DNA of 35,140 bases, from positions 214,858-249,997 of the forward strand of contig JBNGIO010006132.1 in assembly GCA_049999805.1 (NCBI GenBank), written 5' to 3'. A program made the position numbers and the translations under genes. The notes under the pieces are model-generated. The model was not told the origin of the DNA. It saw only the letters and a program-made list of their open reading frames with translations, and did no database searches. The stretch comes from Folioceros fuciformis. Its lineage: Eukaryota. Positions 1 through 9,324 of the stretch are shown here, one piece after another (the first letter of the stretch is position 1; each line of letters starts with the position of its first letter).

Positions 1-720
1 GTTCTCTCCTCCGCAACGTCTCCTGCCCTCCCTCTCACCCCATCCATCAAGTCTTTCTTCCTACGACTAACTACAAAAAACGCTACCACAATGCTATCCA
101 CACTCGCCTCACACTCCTTTCCCCTAGTACTCTGTACTCCGCTTTAGGACTGCCCACCTCCACTGCCATTGAGACTATTTTTCATTGACTCGTGCCCCCT
201 CGGGCCTCTCCTCTTTCTTTACCCACAACCATCATAATTTTACAATCTCCCACTTCTGCTATTGCCTCACATTCCCTACATCTTTTGACTCCCTTGCCAT
301 TTACACTGATGATTCTCTTCTGGATGGTCATGCCGAGGGCGCGGCTGTTTTCTACTTCAAAGGGGATATTGTCCATCAATTATCTTTTGGTTTAGAAACA
401 TACTACGGGGTTTATGAGGTAGAACTCCTCTCTGTAGTCAAAGCAATTTCATGCCTACCCACCCTCTTTGCTTCCATCCCCAGGATTTCGTCAGTTACAT
501 TTTTCCTTGATAATCAAGTAGCTATCATGTCTTTAACAGACACTTCGGCTCGCCCAGCCCAAGCCATATCTCTCCAAGCTAGGACATCTCTCCATGCCTT
601 CTCGGTAGCTCATTCGGAGGTTTCCCTTAATCTCCACTGGATTCCGGGCCATCATAATATAGTTGGTAATGAGCATGCAGATGTAACCACCTTTTACTAG
701 GATATCTGCCAACTTCTTAG
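1..720 (+). mobile_element. Degenerate non-LTR retrotransposon (LINE) ORF2 remnant: post-RT linker plus RNase H (Tad1/I-group type)
   Basis: ORF 185-700 carries eroded RNase H motifs IYTDDS (YTDGS), VYEVEL (VYEAEL), FLDNQVAI and LHWIPGHHNIVGNEHAD. Bases 3-200 in another frame read SLLR..PPSHP...IETIFH*LVPPR, resembling the RT-RNase H linker. A stop and a frameshift indicate decay. The element runs off the left edge. Confidence 0.8.
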
Positions 721-1789
721 TGTTCCCAAACTCAGGGAAAAACTTCTCTCTTACGTCAAGGCGATTGGCAATCACTTAACTTAGGCTTATTGACATAGCT
801 ATCTAGATTTGCTATTTTGTTTGCTATAATCCTCTTTCTTTTGCGCTTTCCCAAAGTGTCCATTCAATCATGTTTTTGATTCACATTCCGACGTCATAGC
901 CTCACGGCTACATACGCCTCATGATAAATGAATAAATAAATAAATTTAAACAACAAGATGAGTAACACTATTCCAAGGAGCGATGAAGCAATTGCTGTAG
1001 CAATGAACACACATTGAAACTTGAATGGATCATCTAAATTGTTTGGTCCATGTTGCACTAAGAACAACCAAGTGAAGCCAATTGAGAGCATTAAAATAAA
1101 GGAGGGACCAACATCCTCTTTCTCTTCCACTTCAAAAACTTCACAACTTCTTGTGCTTTCATGGTTATACTGACTTTGTATCTCCACTCCAACATGTGAG
1201 TGGGCCCCATTCTCACCTAGTGTCTTCACTCCATATCCATCTTGTGAACTTGGAAGCTCACATTGGTATGCACTATCAAATTTATCTTCATGTCTAGAGA
1301 ATCCCATGGGAATTGCTTTTATCCTAATTGATTCAACTCTTGTGCAAGATTCTAAGCTTGCTACTTTTTGGAATTATTCACGCTTAGATTTACAATTTCC
1401 CAAAAACCCTTATACTTAGCTAACTTCCAAGCTTGCTTACTATTCACGTGTTACTTCTTATAATATGTTTTCAAGCACAACAAGAGCTCTTAATTAAGGT
1501 ATATGTAAAAGTCACATGAGCAATGGTCCAAAGTCCATGTACAACTTATAGTGTATAACAACATATATAGATTTATAAAGATCTAATTTCTCGATAAGGC
1601 TTCTACATCTCCCCACATGGAGCTACTTCCCTCCAATGTGCAGCCCAATGCCCCAACCCCAACCTAAGACACCTAACATGGATTTCCATAGAATACACGC
1701 GCGTTGAGACAAGCTTGATTAAGAAAGAAAGTTCCCACTACTATTCCCAGAACACATGTGATATTCTCCCTGCTTTGAATCAAGGTCTA

Positions 1790-2266
1790 GGTCGTTGCGT
1801 AGCACGCATTGTTGCTACGTGGCTGTACATGGCTCTTTCAAGAATGCCTTGTTCTTAAGGACGTTGTGTAGCAGCACACACCGTTGCTACGTGGATGTAC
1901 ATGGGCTCTGTCAAGACTGCCTTGTTCTTGAGGATGTTGCGTAGCAGCACACACTATTGCTACGTGGATGTACATGGCTTTGTCAAGAATGCCTTGTTCT
2001 TAAGGACGTTGCGCAACAGCATGCACTGTTGCTACATGGATGTACATGGGCTCTGTCAAGGATGCCTTGTTCTTCAGGACGTTGCGTAGCAGCACACACT
2101 GTTGCTACGTGGATGTACATGGCTCTGTCAAGAATGCCTTGTTCTTNNNNNNNNNNGGATGTACATGGCTCTGTCAAGAATGCCTTGTTCTTGAGGACGT
2201 TGCGTAGCCGCACGCACTGTTGCTACGAAAATGTACATGGCTCTGTTAAGAATGCCTTGTTCTTGA
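1790..2266. repeat. 72-73 bp tandem minisatellite, at least 6.5 copies, interrupted by an N gap at 2147-2156
   Basis: Consensus ggacgttgcgtagcagcacacactgttgctacgtggatgtacatggctctgtcaagaatgccttgttcttga. Units start at about 1790, 1859, 1932, 2004, 2077 and 2195, with a partial unit at 2157. Confidence 0.95.
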
Positions 2267-2525
2267 GCATGAGCATGGTGATGTAACATCAAGGAAACCA
2301 CTTGCAATGCAGCTGGTTCAGTGGTCTTACATGGTAGAGGGCCCTAGGGGAATCATGCACTTAGGGTTTAGAGCTTGCTAACGAATCTTGTGACTAGCAT
2401 GATTTTCAGCTAGAGCTTGAAATGTTTTAAAGCTAGGAAACACCTATGTCTTATGAGTAAGAAAATAGAGGGTAAGTAAAGTGGCTAAAGTCATCTAGTA
2501 TGACAAACATTACTAAGAGGATCTA

Positions 2526-2630
2526 GGAATGGATGAGTCCCAAAAGAGAGCACTTTGCACATGTGCATGCTACTGTTTTGGGAATGGATGAGTCCCAAAA
2601 GAGGGCCCTTTGCATATGTGCATGCTACTT
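2526..2630. repeat. 55-bp tandem duplication (2 copies)
   Basis: ggaatggatgagtcccaaaagag...tttgca(c/t)atgtgcatgctact begins at both 2526 and 2581. Confidence 0.85.
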
Positions 2631-3620
2631 TTCTTGAACACACTGAATCCCTTCCACAAAGAAAGAGGAGAATGCCCCTCATGTGGCCTATCAAGCCTTT
2701 GAATGTAAGGAGTCCCTAACATGCAAGACGAAGGCCTCTTGGACACCTAAGATGAAAGCTTGTAGCAGGAGGAAATCTTGTGAGAGGCCAAGATTGGAGT
2801 AGAGAGCCCAAGTGACAAGGAAGGCTATGGGGGCCAAGCCTTCATGGCTAGAATATTAGTGCCTACAAAGACAATTTTGTCAAAACTTTTTATTAACAAT
2901 TCACACATGACCATTGTGGTGCCTACAACGAATGTTTACCCCTCAAAATGAAACATTTATCCCTCAAAATGAAAAACCACAATGACATGCATGTCGAACC
3001 TTATTTGAGATGTAGAACAGGGTAAAAATTTTAGGGTTGGCACTAGGATTGACAACAATTTAGAGTTGAGTTCGAGTTTGGACCATCGGTGTGATCCATG
3101 ATTTAGCCTTAGTTCATTGCCCAAATTTGATTGAAACGTCAAACAGACTGGAGGAGATAGACTTGCCGAAACAGATTCATGAATCAACAAAATAAATGTG
3201 CCGCCTTGACAATGGAAGGAAAGACTAGTCTCCTATCTTATTCAACAACAATGTTTTCTAAAGCATGATACAAGTGACACTGCCTCTGTCACGTCTAATC
3301 TTCCTCCCTTCTCAGGCCTGCTCTTATGAACACTGCAGGTTCAACCCTCGGAAAAGTACACATCACAAAGCATAAGAGCCTGTTAAGCTAAAACTGTCAC
3401 TCCAATAAAGTTAGAAGACCTGCTTTCATCACGTTGAAAGGACATTGACTAATACAAGCAGGGCCACCTACCTGGGCCAATTCATGTTTGTACACCAACA
3501 GGCACAAGTCTGTTGGAGGGGATACTGGCATGATTATCCACTCCTCAATTCCGTAGGGCGTCCAATGGAACGCAAGAGTGGTCACCATGACACTGGAGTC
3601 TACTGGAAAAGCCCATTGGA

Positions 3621-6120
3621 TTAGGCGCTGTATTCCTTGAAGCAGAACTCATCTTGTTTGCAGGAGGACGGCACCTTCCCTTCTGAGTAGCAGAGGGAGC
3701 ATAAGTTGAAGTCCGCAGTAACCTCCTTGAATCTGAGGCCAACGATTGTGTAAAAGCACACAGCACAAGGTGTCCGCCGATGCCGGCCTTTGTCAGTTGC
3801 CTCGAGCCTGAGGAGAGTGGTGAGAATCCCAAAACCCCAGTCTGGGTCATCAAATACTTCTAAAAATTCTGGGTAAGAAATATTAGCCTGCTCCTCCTCC
3901 ATTATTTCCTCCAGCAAGGTGCTCTCCCCCTGAGACGGTAGGTACACGGCACGCAGCAGACTTATGTAGCGCTTCAAGTCCTTCTTGGGTATTTCTCCGG
4001 GTAAAGTCTTTGGAGTCCTCCACAAAAGAGCCTCAAACACAGCCCTCTTCCTGTTGTCTGCTGAGCCTGCGCAGATGGGCGCAAGGATAGCGAAAAAGAA
4101 ACCCAGGTCTACCCGTTCTGTCCGACTTATATCCAGTACTCCCAATACTCGCTCGTTGATGACCTTGACGGCGCCCTGGAAAGCGTCTGCATTGAGAGAG
4201 CGGAGTACCTCCTGCCTGAGGACTCTTTCAAGGTCAGATTTCCGAATCACCTTCTCCTCATAGGAGGGTGCAGGAGCCAGAGGTACATTGCCATCGCTGA
4301 TGACACTCCTCAAAACGGATACATCAATAAGATGCAAACGTGAATGCTTCTGAATTGACCTGATCTCAAGAGCAATTGCGAGGACGACTCTCTCTGTCGT
4401 TTTCTCTCTGTTAAAAACCCGAAACTTCGAAGGCTCTACAACCACAAAGGACTCAGTTAGCGGATTCGGAGATTGACTCCCAGGCGTGTCCTGGCCGACA
4501 TTGCTGAAAATAGAAGCAAAGCCCTTGGGTTTCTTCTTGGCATGCTTCTGCCTCTGCAGTTCATCATAAAGCTCAACCCTGTTGGTCATCTTGAATGCCT
4601 CCTTCAAAGCTCTCCTTGCATCTTCCTCCTCCCCCTTCCCCAGCAGTGCAACAGCCCTATTCAACTGTGCCTGCCAGTGCCTGGGGTTGATGGCCAATAC
4701 CTTGGCATACATGTTAGCTGCAAGGCCATACTCGCCCGTATCCCTAAACAGCCCACCGAGGTTGTAAAGAGCCTCCGTATGATCCGGTTGTAAATTGATT
4801 GTGATGTTAAACTCTTCTTCCGCTTTGTTATGCTCCTTCAGGGCATGCAGCACCGAGCCCAGATCACAATGGGCATCAGCATAGTCATGCTTGATGTACA
4901 CAGCATTTTCTAGCGCCTTCTGGGCAGCTCTGTACTCCCCCACCCCAAGTAAGGCACTACCCAAGTGCTTCAAAGCCCTACAGTGCTTGGGGTTCAGTAT
5001 CGCCGCTTCCCTGTACTGTTCACAGGCGCTCAACAACATGCCTTCTGCTTCGAGGGCAATACCCAGATTCACACGGACCTACAAGACAGCACAAGAATCC
5101 TTCCACGAAATCAGGTCTCCAACCCCAAAAAACAGCACGATTCACAGCCTAACTAAAGGATGTAAGACTCCAGGAAGTGCATCAAGATCTCCAAATCACC
5201 TGAGGCAGAAGAAGGGACGACTCTTGCCCGATGGCTTGCCCAGCATCCAGAGCCTTTTGATACTCTACCCTCGCCTCCGGGTATTTGCCCAGCGCATAAA
5301 GTGCATTTCCCGCCCGAAAATGCGGCCTTAAGTCCGCAGGCTTCAGATCAATAGCCTTCTGGAAGCTGATGAAAGCCTCCAGGAAAATCTTGTGATCGTA
5401 CAGCACCCTCCCAATGGCCATGTGGGAGTCGAATGCTTCCTCCGGAGGACGAGCACTTTCTGCCCTCCTCCGCAAATTCCCCAACTCATCCTTGAAGGGA
5501 ACGTAGCCAGGGTTCTGCTCCACACTCCTGGGCCCTTCCTCCTGAGATGCTGGAACAGCACGAGAAGAGCCCAGATTCCCCGAGTCCCCCACCTTCTTGG
5601 ACCCCGCCCTCTCCAGCCTCTTGAGCATGATATCCAAGTCCTGAATCAGCACCCACGTCTCCTCAAACGCAATCCCGTTGTTGGGCGATGTAGCCCAGGC
5701 CCCAACTTCCGGCCTCTTGCGCATGGACGGGGCCACCTCCGGGCGCTCGTCCATGATGGAGTAGGCGGGCTGCACCCGAGCTCCTCCATCGTCGTCCAGC
5801 TGCAGCTCCAGTGCCACGAAATCCCTGTCCACGTCCCCGGCCCCATCGTCGTAAGTCCTCACCAAGCCCTCGTAGGACAGCCCCTTCTCCCCGTCGATGA
5901 ACTCCCCGTAAGTCCTGAACACCTCGTCAAGAATGGCGTTGATCTGCTCTTCGGTGAACTTCACCCGCGGATTCACGGCGGTCACCAGATCCGCCATCTC
6001 CTGCCGGTTAAGACGGCTGTCCCCGTTAGCATCGAATTTGCTGAAGATCTTCTCCACCTTCCGGTTCCTGATGACGGCCGAGACCGAGACGCTCGCCCCG
6101 CGCCCCCCATTCTTGCTCAT
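3621..6120 (-). CDS. Calcium-binding EF-hand / TPR / ZZ zinc-finger protein (At1g05150/At2g32450 family), about 792 aa, 2 exons
   Basis: Exons 6120-5200 and 5078-3621, with a GT-AG intron at 5199-5079 that joins LLLPQ|VRVNLGIALE in frame. N-terminal EF hand FDANGDSRLNRQE, multiple TPR motifs (AHCDLGSVL, ALYNLGGLF), C-terminal ZZ finger CAVC...NLCSLCYSEGKVP. Confidence 0.92.
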
Positions 6121-7263
6121 CGTAAACCTCCAGGCTCAGTCCTCGGATCAAGCAGGACAGTCAGCCAGCGGGCTGGATGTCAGAGGAAGCGCGAAATCGG
6201 ATGCAGCTCGCAATGCCGGATTATCTTCAAACCCACTTCAGGTAGTGCTCCCTCGGCCGGCATGGTCACGATCGCCCACCGCTCACCCCCTCAGAATGCT
6301 GCCCCCTCAAATTCAGCAGCGCAGTGCACGCCAGGACAGAGCAGCTGAGGGACAAGAAGCCGTGACCATGGGGTCAGCAAGGCCAGACATTGCCAGACCG
6401 TGGGGATAGAGAGAAGAAGAAGACATGCCTGACTGTACGCAAGATTAAACACAACACCCACCATTAGCATTGGCACAACCTGCCCCAACTCAGCTACATA
6501 CCACAGTACATGCCACAGCCAAATACTCAAGACAGGCAGCAGGCGTGCGCAAGCAAGAGATTATGATGATGAGATGCTCTTGCCTTTTCTTGCAGTACTC
6601 TGCTCTCACCAGCAAAGAGATATCGTAGAGAAATGTCGGCGAAGGTGCGGGGGAAGACTTACTCTTAAGCCTGGCTGGGCAGGCCCGCAACCGGGACACA
6701 CGGCGCACAGGCGAGGCCGAGCAGGAGGAGGAACATGCCGTTTTTCTATAATCTCACCAAGCCAACGGAATTCCTGAGAGGAGTCAGTTGTCAGCCTGTC
6801 ACCTATTTGAATAATGGTGTCTGGCTGCCAGCTCCACAGCCAGCTCGCCCACTGCCCCGCCCGTGGGTCTTGAATGCCTCACACCTTTATTTGTACAGGC
6901 GGCAATTCAACTCTACCAAGTACAGCGAGGACAGGGTTTTCATCGTGTCCGGCTCTGCTCGAGGATGCAAGCTCTGTACTGTTTATATGTACAGTACATC
7001 CATCTCTACAGACGACACGGACCGTGAGAGTGGCCTTCCCCGCCAGAAATTTGAACCATGAAAAGGCAGACCCTTTCCCCTTTCCCACCAGCCTCTGCTG
7101 ACAACAGCAGGGAAGGATGCAGGCAGGGCAACTTTACACACGACGAGATGCCTTTCCCCTAACTTTCTACAGACGTGCCAACGACCTTATGGACATCCAT
7201 GCATGGTCGTGGCCGTGGCTGTTTTGAGATGAGGTTGTCGTGTGTGTGCCAATCAAAGTCTGA

Positions 7264-9062
7264 TCAACAGCTGATGCGGACTTGGTAGCTGTCTCGGCGA
7301 CTATGTCTTTGTATTCGTGTCCGGACGACGTTTATCCTGAGGACAGACGAGGGAAAATCATCTGTTAGGTTTTAACAGCCAAGATCACTGCTGCGAAAGC
7401 TGTTCTCACATCAGGATGGATAGCCAGTTGTGGTTTGCAAGGCAGAGCGTACCTGTGCCAGCAGCACCACTTCGGTTCAGAACGTCTACTGCACGTGGTC
7501 CATCTTCGATGACTGCCACCCTCAACGGCCTTTTCTGCAAAGGTCCATGTGTTGAGTGTGAGCCACAAGGAAGAGCAAGTGAAGGTGTTGGCAAGCACAA
7601 GGAAAACCGAGAATTGCTAGGGTTTCGCTGCTGTTTACGCACCCTATCCCTCGGAGGTGGTCCCTCAGTAGCGGTGCAGTGGTCAGGAGAGGAAAGAGGA
7701 TTCTCAGCTGACCATGCCGTCAGGACGGGGGGAGCATAACCACGGGGCAGGGGAGGGGGCCGTGGCACCTGCCCTCCCTCGAAGAAGTTTCTCACCAACC
7801 AAACCTCCTGACTCGTCAATCTCATCCCATCCAAGAGTACCTGCAACCGTGACTTACGCAGTCAGAAGACGTAGTTTGGAATGGAAGGAAGGGAGAGGAG
7901 CGAACCATTGTTCCACAAAAAAGCATACCAATGCCGAGTCTGCCAGCAGACACAGCAGGTCGATGCGATAGTTGGGCCGTAATGTCAACGGGTTGCCTTG
8001 CACACAAAGGGTCGACAGCCGTGGTAGGCTTGTGAGTGCCTCTACATCACACACAGATGCCATGAGGTTGTTGGAAATATCAAGAACTTCCAGAGACACA
8101 AGTTGCTCTAAGCCCTTGATACTCACAAGAGCATTGTTTCTCAGGATCAGCTCTCTGAGATTACAGGCCATCTGCCACAACAAGAAGGCGTCAGAACGGA
8201 CATCATGGTTATTCTGTGAAAAACACAAGATACTACAGCATCAGAGACACGTGGCTCACGTTCCTACCGTGTTGAGTGAGCTGACGTTAGTAATCTGGTT
8301 GAAACCCAAATCCAGATACCGAAGGTTGGAACATTTCTGTAGATTCGCAACCTCAGCAATACAGTTCCTACTCAGATCCAGCACCTCCACAACAGGGACC
8401 AGCTGCAACGACTCGTCCATGAGCAGCATTCCGTTGCATGGGCAGCTCACAACCGTAAGCTTAGTCCAGGCCTTAGCATCCTGAATCTCAGCAGTCCGCT
8501 CGGCAAAGATATGCCGCAGAGCCTCCTACAGCCGTTGCCAAACCACCACAGATCTTAAGCCTTAAGCCACCCTGCTCCTCACGTCCTACCTAACCAAGCC
8601 AGAAACGGGGAAACAGGGCTTCACCGCAGAGTTGTAGCAGACGAGCTTCTCCAGCGTGGGTCTAAGTTCCAGCAGCCCACGGGCCCCGCATGTGGACAGG
8701 TCGCATCCTCGGAGCTCCAGACACCGCAGCCGGGCGAAGGGGAGGAGATTGATTGGCGTGGTGTCCCTGGTCGGCCTCGGCAGCAGGGACACCAGCTTCA
8801 CTGCCGTCAGCAGCTGCAGCATCCGCCGGAGCTGCTCCAGGGCCCTATGGTCTCCCAGATCCGCCACATAGGCTCGCAGATAGTCCACAGGAGCCCCTGC
8901 CCGCAACTGCTCCAGTTCCTCCAGTGATTCCAGCCTCGTCTGCAGATACAGCAGCCCCACCGGATTCAGCTTCAACACCACTCCGTCCAACAGCGATCCC
9001 GAATTCCTCTGCACAAATCGAGCCAGCAACTCCAGGTACCGATCCCCCGTCACGATCGCCAT
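7264..9062 (-). CDS. Leucine-rich repeat protein, STK11IP (LKB1-interacting) / plant 'outer arm dynein light chain 1' family, short form of about 407-438 aa
   Basis: Starts with the family-typical MAIVTGDRYLE...LKLNPVGL...APVDYLRAYVADLGDHRALEQLRR. Exons 9062-8625, 8525-8268, 8171-7929, 7840-7643 and 7534-7453, all with GT-AG introns. The last exon is either 7361-7264 or 7336-7332. LRRs include LDLSRNCI, LDLGFNQI, LILRNNAL and LDISNNLM. The 3' end is uncertain. Confidence 0.82.
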
Positions 9063-9324
9063 CCCCTTCCCCCTTCGCCTTCACCCTTGCTGGGCACCCA
9101 AGGACAATACGTTGTATGACACATGACCAAACTGCATGCACACACAGGGTAGCCATTACCTATAATTTTCAAGTTGTAATTTTAAATCAATATTAGGTAG
9201 GTGAATCACTTTGCTAGATTGTGCAGGTCGCGCAAACTCCTGAAAGACTGCCCTATTGCCGCTGTAACATTAAGGCAAGGGAAGCCACCGTAGTCCTCCC
9301 AATTCTGCTCGCGGTGCAGGGAAA
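9063..9324. promoter_or_regulatory. Putative bidirectional promoter between the LRR gene and RPN1
   Basis: Only 262 bp separate the two divergent ATGs (9062 on -, 9325 on +). There is an AT-rich core at 9161-9195 (tataattttcaagttgtaattttaaatcaatatta). Confidence 0.6.

Noticed and set aside
1790..2266. CRISPR-like array (regular palindromic repeats)
   Set aside because: The units are contiguous with no unique spacers, there are no cas genes, and the context is eukaryotic. The ORFs called over the array are repeat artefacts.
1757..2905. Possible solo LTR bounded by tgtga...tcaca that would contain the 72-bp and 55-bp repeats
   Set aside because: Only a 5-bp terminal match, and the flanks (acaca vs catga) do not form a target-site duplication.
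5392..6348. 318-aa plus-strand ORF antisense to the TPR gene
   Set aside because: Shadow ORF of a GC-rich coding exon. It is Pro/His/Leu/Val-rich, has no recognisable domain and has a non-ATG start.
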